Source: a virus | Taxonomy: Duplodnaviria > Caudoviricetes | Length of the DNA: 64,000 bases | Strand: one strand, 5' to 3' | Virus record (IMG/VR): IMGVR_UViG_2911420635_000004 | Span: 21,348 to 85,347 of that record | In this document: positions 55,576-64,000 of the stretch, in pieces | Position numbering within the stretch: position 1 is the stretch's first letter | Layout of the letters: every line of letters begins with the position of its first letter | Notes under the pieces: model-generated | Told to the model about the DNA's origin: nothing | Seen by the model: the letters and a program-made list of their open reading frames with translations, nothing else | The model's database searches: none | Translations under genes and position numbers: made by a program

Positions 55576-57876
55576 ATGACAAGACAAAAAGTGGATGTGA
55601 TCCCCGCCAGTGTGCGCTCGGTACAGAACGGCGGGCAGCTGAAAAGCCAGACCAACATCCGTGTGGCGGCTTACTGCCGTGTTTCCACCGGCGATGAGAG
55701 CCAGCAGACTTCCTACACGACACAGAAAGCATTCTACAAAGACCTCATCACCCGGAAGCCCGGCTGGATCTTTGCCGGCATCTACGCGGATGAAGCAAAA
55801 TCTGGTACCAACCGGGAGCATCGAGAGGAATTCAACCGCATGATAAAAGATGCGATGGATGGAAAGCTGGACTACATCGTTACAAAGTCCATTTCCCGAT
55901 TCGCACGAAACACCATCGACTCCCTGACCTGTACCCGTGAGCTTCGGCAGCTGAAGCCGCCCGTGGGTATCTATTTCGAGAAAGAGAATATCGACACGCT
56001 GGATGCCAAAGGTGAGCTGATCCTGACGATCCTTTCTGCACTGGCACAAGATGAGAGCCGTTCCATTTCCGATAACATCCGCTGGAGCATTCAGAAGAAG
56101 TTCCAGTCTGGTGTCCCGCATATCAATCTGAAACGGATGCTGGGGTATGAGCTTGGGGCAAATAAGCAGTGGGTCATCGCGCCGGAGCAGGCAGAGATCA
56201 TCCGGTACATTTTTGACCGCTTCGTGAAAGGCCAGACGGCGAATAAGATCGCTCAGGAGCTGAACCAGATGGAAAAGTTCACGGTCAATGGAAAGAAGTG
56301 GAGTGCCAGCTCGATCCTGATCGTCCTGCGGAATGAGAAGTATGTGGGCGATATCGAGATGCAGAAGACCATCACCAAAGACTTCCTTACCCACCGTTCA
56401 AGCATTAACAAGGGCGAAGCACCCCGCTACTATGTGAAGAACCATCATGTGGGTATCATCGACCGTGTGACTTGGGACAAAGTGCAGACCATGCTGTTCG
56501 AGAAGCCGAGGGCAGACATGACGAAAGGCCCCGGCAAGAAAAAGGTAAAGAGCATTAAGGGTTCTCCGTTTGGAAACCTGCGCTGCGGTGCGATCCTGGA
56601 GAATGGGCCGGATGCCGGAAAACCCTGCGGGGAAGGATTCTTCCGTACAACCTACACGGGTGTGGCAAATGGTTACAGCGATGAGCGGAGTCTTAAGGCG
56701 ACTGGTGAGGATACCGGAGAGTATCTGGAAAAATACACTTATTCGTATCCCGTTTGGCGGTGCAAGCGTAAGGTCGGGGAGCGGGACGGTGAGCCGCCGA
56801 AGAACGGTTCTCCCGACCAGAAAGCGTATTGCCGGAGCAAGAAAGGCTGCATGTCGGATGAGGAAAAGGAAGCTGCAAACAAGCGCTGCCCCTCAGAACG
56901 CTACCATGAGTGTGCGCTGGAGCAGAGTTTCATGGAACTGCTCTACAGCATGAAGCGTGATTTTGAACAACACGGAGATGCCTCCATGATCGTGACGATG
57001 TTTGACAATGCCTATGAGCAGGCTGTCCGGCTGGCGAATAACAACAGCATCTCGGTGCAGAGGATGGCAACGGTGGAAAATCAGATCAAGGAGATGGAAG
57101 AACGCCTGCAGGATGCCATCAGTCATCAGGTGGCGGCGCTTCGGGAAGCTGCACTGGAACAGAATGTGGAACTGAATGAAGCCCTTTCCAACGGGGAGGT
57201 GACTATTGACGACATCGACCTGGACATCCGAAGCGGACTGACACCAGGAAGCATCGGAGTGAGCTTCTATGGGACAGAAACGGAGGAAGGCTCGGAAGCC
57301 CAGATTTATACAGAGCTTGTGAACGACCTGCAGGAACGGCTGAAAACACTCCAACAGGAACGGCAGACGATAGAGGAAGAACAGGGCGTGCTGGCGATCA
57401 TGAAAAAGAACTTTGAATATTTCCTTGCCTGCCTGAAAGAACTGCCGGATACCAATGCAGGCGGAATGCCGTTAAGAGTCAACGGCCTGGATGTACAGGG
57501 AAGTCTTCTGAGAGATGTAGACGGCAAGCCCATCGAGGGCCGGGTGTCTGCCGTGACAAGGGGCAGGCTCAAGCTGACTCCTGAGCGGATCGCAGAAGCA
57601 CCAGATATGCTCCACTTTGAAAAAGGCATCTACTGTGCTTTTGTTGAGAGCGGAGTACTGCAGGGGGATGTGGCAACCTATAAGACAAACTTCGGTGTGA
57701 CACTGACCTCAAAGGGCAACCGCAGAACGCTTGACAGCTTCATGGGCTATAAGCGGAGTGACATGGACGGCAATGTGGTCTATGTGGACGCTCCTTATAA
57801 GGTGTACGGATTCAGCATTCAGTACCGCAGATACCTGACAACTGCAGCGAAGCGCGAGAGGGAAGAAGCGGTGTGA
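55576..57876 (+). CDS. Large serine recombinase 2
   Basis: AAYCRVST, KSISRFARN, LRNEKYVGD. Confidence 0.93.
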   Translation: MTRQKVDVIPASVRSVQNGGQLKSQTNIRVAAYCRVSTGDESQQTSYTTQKAFYKDLITRKPGWIFAGIYADEAKSGTNREHREEFNRMIKDAMDGKLDYIVTKSISRFARNTIDSLTCTRELRQLKPPVGIYFEKENIDTLDAKGELILTILSALAQDESRSISDNIRWSIQKKFQSGVPHINLKRMLGYELGANKQWVIAPEQAEIIRYIFDRFVKGQTANKIAQELNQMEKFTVNGKKWSASSILIVLRNEKYVGDIEMQKTITKDFLTHRSSINKGEAPRYYVKNHHVGIIDRVTWDKVQTMLFEKPRADMTKGPGKKKVKSIKGSPFGNLRCGAILENGPDAGKPCGEGFFRTTYTGVANGYSDERSLKATGEDTGEYLEKYTYSYPVWRCKRKVGERDGEPPKNGSPDQKAYCRSKKGCMSDEEKEAANKRCPSERYHECALEQSFMELLYSMKRDFEQHGDASMIVTMFDNAYEQAVRLANNNSISVQRMATVENQIKEMEERLQDAISHQVAALREAALEQNVELNEALSNGEVTIDDIDLDIRSGLTPGSIGVSFYGTETEEGSEAQIYTELVNDLQERLKTLQQERQTIEEEQGVLAIMKKNFEYFLACLKELPDTNAGGMPLRVNGLDVQGSLLRDVDGKPIEGRVSAVTRGRLKLTPERIAEAPDMLHFEKGIYCAFVESGVLQGDVATYKTNFGVTLTSKGNRRTLDSFMGYKRSDMDGNVVYVDAPYKVYGFSIQYRRYLTTAAKREREEAV

Positions 57877-57891
57877 TAGAAGGAGATAGGA

Positions 57892-57938
57892 CCCTGCCAG
57901 GTATGGCTTTTGTGGCTGCATCTGGCAGGGCTTTTTTT
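57892..57938 (+). terminator. Long-stem intrinsic terminator
   Basis: CCCTGCCAG..CTGGCAGGG followed by a T8 tract. Confidence 0.8.
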
Positions 57939-58092
57939 TGTTTTTTAGGTTTTATTGTGCTGCTATTTTGCCTGCTTTTTTGTCTTGTCTTTTTTACCCG
58001 TAAGGATTGCTATGTGCAGAGTCCTGTTATATGTTGTGGGTGGCGAGAAATACACATACGACAGAAAATACACATAGCGAGGAGTGTTTGAA

Positions 58093-58488
58093 ATGAAAGA
58101 TGTAGCTGGGATGCTGGCAGAGAAATATGGTGCAACAGCTGAGGAGATTGTGGCGGCCGGTGCTATGAAATTATATCTCCAGAGCATGGAGCCGGCAGAG
58201 GCACTGAGAAAGGTGAGGGCTGTGTATGAGCCAAAAGTGATCCGGCTTGACAGTGGCGAAGGCGTGCCGGTACAAAGCAATATTGATGGTGCAAAGTACG
58301 CTGCGTTCATCGATGAGTCTGCGGTGTTTGCGGATCAGAAGATGAGAGAGCGTGGGGATGCACTGGCAGACATGGTTATGGAAAAGTTGAAAGCCGTGGA
58401 TGGAAAATGCCTGATCGAGTGTGCCAGCGTGGAGTTCATGAGTTTTATCGAGGATGTATATAGGAGTTTGCATCGGCGTGAATATTAA
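58093..58488 (+). CDS. Hypothetical protein
   Basis: GAGGAG RBS. Confidence 0.65.
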   Translation: MKDVAGMLAEKYGATAEEIVAAGAMKLYLQSMEPAEALRKVRAVYEPKVIRLDSGEGVPVQSNIDGAKYAAFIDESAVFADQKMRERGDALADMVMEKLKAVDGKCLIECASVEFMSFIEDVYRSLHRREY

Positions 58489-58637
58489 TGAAAAAATTTA
58501 CAGGTGATCATTTCCAAGGCGTTGATGGGGTTGATTATTTTTTTAGAAGAGCATGACCGCTTGAAATAAGCGTGCTTTGATGGTAAGATATTGATGGGGA
58601 GATTTATTCTTCACAACCTGAAAGAGGGTGATATCCG

Positions 58638-59444
58638 ATGAATAAGTGTAGAGATTTGGATTTCGAGCGAAAGCATGAAGAAGATCTTCAAAGATTGCGA
58701 GGTTTTAGGCTTTTGGATGATGATTTCATGAGCAAAGTCTTTGAAGATATAAAGTGTGCAGAATTTTTGTTGCAGATTATTCTGAATCGAGACGATCTGA
58801 AAGTGAAAAAATCCAATAGCCAGTATAGCGTTAAAAATTTACAGGGAAAATCTGTGCGGTTGGATATTCTTGCAGTGGATAGGGAAAACCGTGTATACAA
58901 TATTGAAATTCAGCGAAATGATAAAGGTGCTGGTGTTAAGCGAGCTAGGTATAACAGCGGTATAATCGATGCGAATGTTACTGAACCAGGCGAGCAGTAT
59001 GAATACCTGAATGAAACTTATGTGATTTTCATCACAGAGAATGATGTTCTTAAAAGAGGACTTCCGATATATCATATTGACCGTATGATTAAAGAAACAG
59101 GAGAATCATTTGGTGACGAATCGCATATTATATATGTGAACTCTCAAATCAAAAATGAAACGGCACTTGGAAAACTGATGCATGACTTTTCTTGTACAAG
59201 TGCAAAAGATATGTATTATGAAGTATTAGCTAATCGAGTACAGTACTTCAAAGAAGATGAGAAAGGAGTGGCGGTTATGTGCAAGGTTATGGAAGACATG
59301 AGAAATGAAGCTGCAAGAGAAAACTCTCTGGAAACAGCCCGTAGCTTGCTGTTGATTGGAAAGCTAACTTATGAGGAAATAGCGCAAGCTACGAAACTCA
59401 CAGTTGATGAGGTAAAAGAACTAGATGAGAGAAGAAGTGCATAA
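58638..59444 (+). CDS. Rpn/PD-(D/E)XK_2 family nuclease
   Basis: LLDDDFMSKVF, VRLDILA, NIEIQ, RARYNS, YVIFITE. Confidence 0.9.
   Translation: MNKCRDLDFERKHEEDLQRLRGFRLLDDDFMSKVFEDIKCAEFLLQIILNRDDLKVKKSNSQYSVKNLQGKSVRLDILAVDRENRVYNIEIQRNDKGAGVKRARYNSGIIDANVTEPGEQYEYLNETYVIFITENDVLKRGLPIYHIDRMIKETGESFGDESHIIYVNSQIKNETALGKLMHDFSCTSAKDMYYEVLANRVQYFKEDEKGVAVMCKVMEDMRNEAARENSLETARSLLLIGKLTYEEIAQATKLTVDEVKELDERRSA
59277..59444 (+). CDS. Internal in-frame small protein (RpnS-like antitoxin)
   Basis: AAAGGAG 8 nt before the in-frame ATG (MCKVMEDMRN..). Confidence 0.62.
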   Translation: MCKVMEDMRNEAARENSLETARSLLLIGKLTYEEIAQATKLTVDEVKELDERRSA

Positions 59445-59546
59445 TTGAAACTCATCGCCTACCGGTGCAGTGTGTAACTATTGATATGCTTTTTCCATTG
59501 ATGGCAGAGAAAACCAGATGTCTAAAAAACTGAAGGAGTGAGCGAA

Positions 59547-59735
59547 ATGTGCAAGCAGATGGAAGATTTAAGAAATGAGAGTATTCTTGAGGGCATCGAC
59601 ATTGGCGACCTTAGAACGACAGTAAAGTATTATAAAAAGGGCAAGATTACCCTTGAAGAAGCTGCTGAGGACTTGAACATGACTGTGGAAGAATTTAAAG
59701 AGAAGATGAACCAAATTCCAGCAGAAGCAGTATAA
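59547..59735 (+). CDS. Orphan RpnS-like small protein
   Basis: AAGGAG RBS; MCKQMEDLRNE..GKITLEEAA, homologous to the Rpn C-terminus. Confidence 0.72.
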   Translation: MCKQMEDLRNESILEGIDIGDLRTTVKYYKKGKITLEEAAEDLNMTVEEFKEKMNQIPAEAV

Positions 59736-59900
59736 AACATACCAGCCCACTGGCGCACTGTGTAGATTCCTACATGGTCCGCTGGTGGGCTTCTTTTTTT
59801 GTCCTTACCCGCATAAACCACAGACAGCACTTCGGTGTGTTCCAAAGTGCAGTTGTGGCTTATGCGGGCTTTTTTGTTATATGATCAACAAGTTATAAAA

Positions 59901-60242
59901 TCAAACTCCTAAGCCGTATAAAATTGCTTTCATCTCCTTTACCATCCGGGTGAGAATCTCCTGTTCAATTGCATTACAGTCTAAAAGCAGACGGTGGATC
60001 TCGGAATCGGCAGTGGACGCGGAGTGCGCCAAACTGTCTACAAGAAGATCATCTGCTGAGATGTTAAGAATATTAGCAATGTCGACCAGAGTTTCAAGGC
60101 TGGGGCGGCTAATTGCCGCTTCAATCTGACTGATGTGTTTGCGAGATACATTCAATTTTTCGCAAAATTGTTCCTGAGTTAATCCGGATGCGTTACGGAA
60201 AGTGCTGATACGCTTTCCAAGTGCAGTATAATCTAATGCCAT
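59901..60242 (-). CDS. XRE-family HTH regulator
   Basis: LGKRISTFR..LTQEQF..SRKHISQIE..PSLETL. Confidence 0.92.
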   Translation of the reverse strand: MALDYTALGKRISTFRNASGLTQEQFCEKLNVSRKHISQIEAAISRPSLETLVDIANILNISADDLLVDSLAHSASTADSEIHRLLLDCNAIEQEILTRMVKEMKAILYGLGV

Positions 60243-60380
60243 GTATGTTCCTCCTTATGTGTACCCGCATAAGGCTGTTACGATTATCCCGCAGAGAAAA
60301 ATACATAGCAACTTGATTACAGGAATTCTAAGGCCGCAAAGGTCTACACCTCTATCTGTTATGTGGTCTAAGGCTGTTTT

Positions 60381-60428
60381 GCCACCTGTTGGGTGGCAAA
60401 AACGATGATGCGCCACCTGATGGGTGGC
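60381..60428. promoter_or_regulatory. Two 17-bp palindromes GCCACC-TG(T/A)TG-GGTGGC, 31 bp apart
   Basis: At 60381-60397 and 60412-60428, just upstream of TATAAT at 60451. Confidence 0.7.
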
Positions 60429-60491
60429 AGTCAAAACACCACACATACTCTATAATATAAATGTAGAAAAGACTGCACACAGAAAGGGACG

Positions 60492-61472
60492 ATGATGACG
60501 AACAAAGAAGAAAAAGGGATTCTTACATTATACAGTGATGTACAGGCGACTTCTGTTCGTTGGCTGTGGTATCCATTCATAGCAGTTGGAAAGATCACAT
60601 TGCTGCAAGGTGACCCCGGTGATGGCAAATCCACAATGATGATGCACCTGATAGCCGAGTTGTCTAAGGGAGGAGCCTTGCCAGATGGTAAAACCATCGG
60701 AATGCCGCAAAGGGCTATTTACCAGTGCTCAGAAGATGGCATTTCAGATACCATTAAGCCCCGGCTTGAAAAATGTGGGGCAGATTGCAGGAATGTGGCC
60801 TTCATAAATGAAGAAACATACAGTGGCCTGACACTGGATGATGAGCGCATCCGGCAGGCTATTATAGAATTCCGGCCGCGGCTGGTAGTTATCGATCCGA
60901 TCCAGGCATATCTTGGAAGTGATTCCGACCTCCAGATTGCAGGAAGAGCCAGAAGGCTGATGCAGCGTCTTGGCATGTGGGCATCTATGTATGACTGTGC
61001 CATTGTGCTGATCGGACACCTTAATAAAAAAGAGGGAACAAAGGGTCTTTACCGGAGCCTTGGCAGCATCGATGTTGTTGCGGCTGCCCGGAGCGTTCTA
61101 CAAGTAGAACGGGATGCGGAAAAGTCAGATATCCGCATTGTGCGGCAGATAAAAAACAGTCTGGCTCCGTCAGATGGTGAAATCAAATTCTCGATAACAG
61201 CGGAGCAGGGCTTCAAATGGCTGGAGTGTGAAATTAAGCCAGATCCATCAGCGGAGCCGGAAACACCAGTTTTTGAGTCAAAATCTGAGAAGGCGGCGTA
61301 TCTGATCAAGAAGCTGCTTTCCGGGGGTGACATGAGATCCAGAGAAATCTATATGCGGATGAGCGATGAAGGTATCAGCCGCAGGACAGCAGAAAATACA
61401 AAGAAAGAACTCGGCATCCGGAGTTATCGGAAGATGCGACAGTGGTACTGGAGCATGAAGCCGGAGGAATGA
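60492..61472 (+). CDS. AAA-family ATPase (AAA_25/RepA-like) with a C-terminal HTH
   Basis: GDPGDGKST, LVVIDP, GHLNK, GSIDVVAAAR. Confidence 0.9.
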   Translation: MMTNKEEKGILTLYSDVQATSVRWLWYPFIAVGKITLLQGDPGDGKSTMMMHLIAELSKGGALPDGKTIGMPQRAIYQCSEDGISDTIKPRLEKCGADCRNVAFINEETYSGLTLDDERIRQAIIEFRPRLVVIDPIQAYLGSDSDLQIAGRARRLMQRLGMWASMYDCAIVLIGHLNKKEGTKGLYRSLGSIDVVAAARSVLQVERDAEKSDIRIVRQIKNSLAPSDGEIKFSITAEQGFKWLECEIKPDPSAEPETPVFESKSEKAAYLIKKLLSGGDMRSREIYMRMSDEGISRRTAENTKKELGIRSYRKMRQWYWSMKPEE

Positions 61473-61482
61473 GAGGAAGCAA

Positions 61483-63315
61483 ATGATAAGCAGTGGAGCA
61501 GAGGCGGCAGACCGCAAGCAGAGAATCAGAGACAGATATAAAGGCGTGGATACTTCTGAGTTGGAAGTTATCCCGGCAAAAACTGTGGAGGGGCTTGGAG
61601 AAAGCACCTCTATCCGTCGTGTTGCCGCATATGTCCGTGTTTCCACTGATAATGATGAACAGACTTCTTCGTATGAACTTCAGAAAAATTATTACACGGA
61701 TTATATCAAGGCACAGCCGGGATGGGAATTCGTTGGAATCTATGATGATGAAGGCATCAGCGGTACATCGTTGGAGCATCGCAAAGGAATGCAGCAGCTG
61801 ATCGAGGACTGTAAGGCCGGAAAGATTGACCTGATCCTCACAAAGTCCATCGCCCGTTTCGCCAGAAACATTGTGGACTGTCTTTCCGTCATTGAAACAC
61901 TGAAAAATCTTGACCCGCCCGTGGGTGTAAAATTTGAAGCGGACAACATCTACACACTGGACAGTAACGGCCGCATGATCCTGACGATTTTGGCATCCGT
62001 GGCAGAGGAAGAATCTCATTCCAAGTCTATCATTATGAACTGGTCCATTGACCGCAGGTTCAGCCGTGGACTGTTCCTTACGCCGGCCCTGCTCGGATAT
62101 GACCAGGACGAGGATGGCAGCCTTGTGGTGAATCAGGACGAAGCACAGACGGTGAAGGTGATTTACTATTTGTACCTGAACGGATTTTCCTTCACCGAGA
62201 TTGCAGAGCTACTGACAGATTATGGCCGGAAGACAAAACTGGGGAACACGGAGTGGAATCCCGGCACTCTTGCAGGAGTCATTGCTAATGAACGCCATTG
62301 TGGGGATGTATTGGCGAGGAAGACCTTCACACCGAATTTCCTGACGCATAAATCAAAGAAAAACAATAACGACCGGACGCAGTACCGGCAGAGAGATCAT
62401 CATGAGGCAATCGTGTCCAGGGAAGTCTATAATGCGGCAAATCATCTGCGGGCATCCCGGAGTTATACAAAGAAAAATCGCCCACTGCCAGTCCTGAGTG
62501 TGGTGAATGATGGAATCTTACGCGGATATGTGCCTTTTGATAAGGACTGGACCGGCTTTTCGGCAGAAGAATACCGGGAAGCATCTGAAAGCGTTATGCG
62601 GGAAAAACAGCAGGATACGGTAGAAGTCATGAACCGTTTAGACCTCAGCGGATATGAAGTTGTGCGGGCACAGTATTTTGCTACTTTACAGAATCCGGCT
62701 ATGACGATCTCCAATGGCAAGCTGCGCTTTAATACAGCCTGCCTGAAAAAGTTTGAAGATGTGGAGTATGTAGAACTGCTCCTGAATTCGGTTGACCGCT
62801 GTATTGCCATTCGCCCATGCGAAAAGGATAATCCGAACGCGATCCGCTGGGGCAGGCTGAAAGAGGGACGCTGGTGCGCCAGTACACTCGGATGCCGCGG
62901 TCTGGCAAAAGCCCTTTTTGACATGATGGAATGGGAAGAAGGTTTGAAATACCGTTTCCGTGGGCAGCTCGTGGGACAGGACGATGACAAGCTGATGCTG
63001 TTTGAACTGGATGAGCCGGAAATGGTTAAAGTAGAAGAAATTATCCTGCCATCCAAGGAACAGGATGAAGAAGGAAAAACCGTCAAGCAGACGATCTATA
63101 TCTTCCCACCAGAATGGGCAGGTACTTTTGGAAAGCCGATCACAAGTATTGCACAGGTCGGGATTTTACAGCAGGAGCATTACTCTGGAAACTGGGATGT
63201 ACTTCGGCCGGCAGCAGAGATAGAAGAAATGAACACTTTTACCGCAGATGGCCTGAATGCTCTGCTCCATGAAGCGGAAAAAATAATGGAAGGATGGACT
63301 GACACAGATGAATGA
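61483..63315 (+). CDS. Large serine recombinase 3
   Basis: AAYVRVST, YDDEGISGT, KSIARFARN, NERHCGD. Confidence 0.92.
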   Translation: MISSGAEAADRKQRIRDRYKGVDTSELEVIPAKTVEGLGESTSIRRVAAYVRVSTDNDEQTSSYELQKNYYTDYIKAQPGWEFVGIYDDEGISGTSLEHRKGMQQLIEDCKAGKIDLILTKSIARFARNIVDCLSVIETLKNLDPPVGVKFEADNIYTLDSNGRMILTILASVAEEESHSKSIIMNWSIDRRFSRGLFLTPALLGYDQDEDGSLVVNQDEAQTVKVIYYLYLNGFSFTEIAELLTDYGRKTKLGNTEWNPGTLAGVIANERHCGDVLARKTFTPNFLTHKSKKNNNDRTQYRQRDHHEAIVSREVYNAANHLRASRSYTKKNRPLPVLSVVNDGILRGYVPFDKDWTGFSAEEYREASESVMREKQQDTVEVMNRLDLSGYEVVRAQYFATLQNPAMTISNGKLRFNTACLKKFEDVEYVELLLNSVDRCIAIRPCEKDNPNAIRWGRLKEGRWCASTLGCRGLAKALFDMMEWEEGLKYRFRGQLVGQDDDKLMLFELDEPEMVKVEEIILPSKEQDEEGKTVKQTIYIFPPEWAGTFGKPITSIAQVGILQQEHYSGNWDVLRPAAEIEEMNTFTADGLNALLHEAEKIMEGWTDTDE

Positions 63316-64000
63316 AAATACGAACACCATGCCACCGGAAGAGCAGGCAGAAAATGATAGAGACGCAAGAGCGGAAGAATTAGAAAGTACATTTTCCTAT
63401 GATGGATACCAGGTCGTGCGGAAGGAGCTGTTTGCACATCTTCGTGACCCTGCAATTGTGATCCGCAAGGACAGCATCACATTTAACACAGCCTGCATCA
63501 CTGGGCTGGAAGATGTGGTTTATGTACATGTCATGTTCAACAGTGATTTGAAGCGCATTGTTGTACGCGGTTGTGATGAAAATGACAAGGATGCCCTGCG
63601 CTGGTGCATCGCCAAGCCGGATAAACGTAAAAGCCGGAAGATGACCTGCAAACCGTTTTCAGAACTGGTGTATAAGGAAATGGGCTGGGATACCGAATGC
63701 CGATATAAGATGCTTGGGTACAGAATTTCATTTGAAGGGGAAACTCTGTATGTTTTTGACCTGCTTGTGCCGGAAATCTTCCATGAAGGCCAGAAACGAA
63801 AAAATGGAACAGATCAGAAAAATGCACAAGAGACAAAGCCTGCAAATACCAGAAAGGGATTTTACCCAGATGATATTGCGGGTACTTTTGGCGTACCTGT
63901 AGAAGAACATCTGAAAGAATCCGAAGTTCAGCAAATGGATGGCTATGTATCGGTGGGGATGCTGACGGGTAAGACCATCCCCGATACCGGGCTTGATTAA
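63308..64000 (+). CDS. Conserved hypothetical protein downstream of the recombinase
   Basis: 230 aa; shares DGYQVVR..FNTAC with the C-terminal part of recombinase 3. Confidence 0.75.
   Translation: MNENTNTMPPEEQAENDRDARAEELESTFSYDGYQVVRKELFAHLRDPAIVIRKDSITFNTACITGLEDVVYVHVMFNSDLKRIVVRGCDENDKDALRWCIAKPDKRKSRKMTCKPFSELVYKEMGWDTECRYKMLGYRISFEGETLYVFDLLVPEIFHEGQKRKNGTDQKNAQETKPANTRKGFYPDDIAGTFGVPVEEHLKESEVQQMDGYVSVGMLTGKTIPDTGLD

Larger units (their letters stand above)
1..57940 (+). mobile_element. Prophage (Caudoviricetes, siphovirus-like, HK97-fold capsid); left part lies outside the window
   Basis: Co-oriented replication, packaging, head, tail, lysis and recombinase modules. The right limit is taken at the strong terminator after the second recombinase; no att site was identified. 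Confidence 0.93.

Noticed and set aside
57876-58640. attR of the prophage
   Set aside because: No repeat partner is visible within the window, since the left end is missing; serine-integrase sites cannot be called by eye

Overview
The window is almost entirely a temperate siphovirus-like prophage of a Bacillota host. GC content and codon style suggest a gut Clostridia such as Faecalibacterium, which is inference only. The prophage is truncated on the left. Gene order: VRR-NUC, SNF2 helicase interrupted by an in-frame TAA, small regulators, orphan PemK/MazF, P4-type primase-helicase with iteron-like repeats, metK, HNH plus a putative cos region, and three DNA methyltransferases. Next is a ~9 kb array of small genes, each driven by a copy of the same promoter/operator unit (amidoligase, two GGCTs, DUF4314, DUF3846, DUF6900-like, acidic microproteins). 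Then come terminase, an HK97-type head, tail, lysis genes and two large serine recombinases ending near 57.9 kb. Four counter-oriented or repeat-flanked morons sit inside the late region: Abi_2/AbiF with a downstream small RNA, SPFH, a DUF3990/DUF3791 cassette, and a PBECR4 nuclease with a structured leader RNA. The last 6 kb holds an Rpn-family nuclease with an internal and an orphan small antitoxin-like ORF, followed by an XRE / AAA ATPase / serine recombinase module. The strongest unexplained signals are the 12-copy promoter-operator cassette array (15.1-23.5 kb), the GGT-TAA-GGA stop-hop-like site in the helicase P-loop, two RNA-associated nuclease loci and a nested out-of-frame methyltransferase subunit gene. 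All family names come from manual motif recognition; no database search was run.
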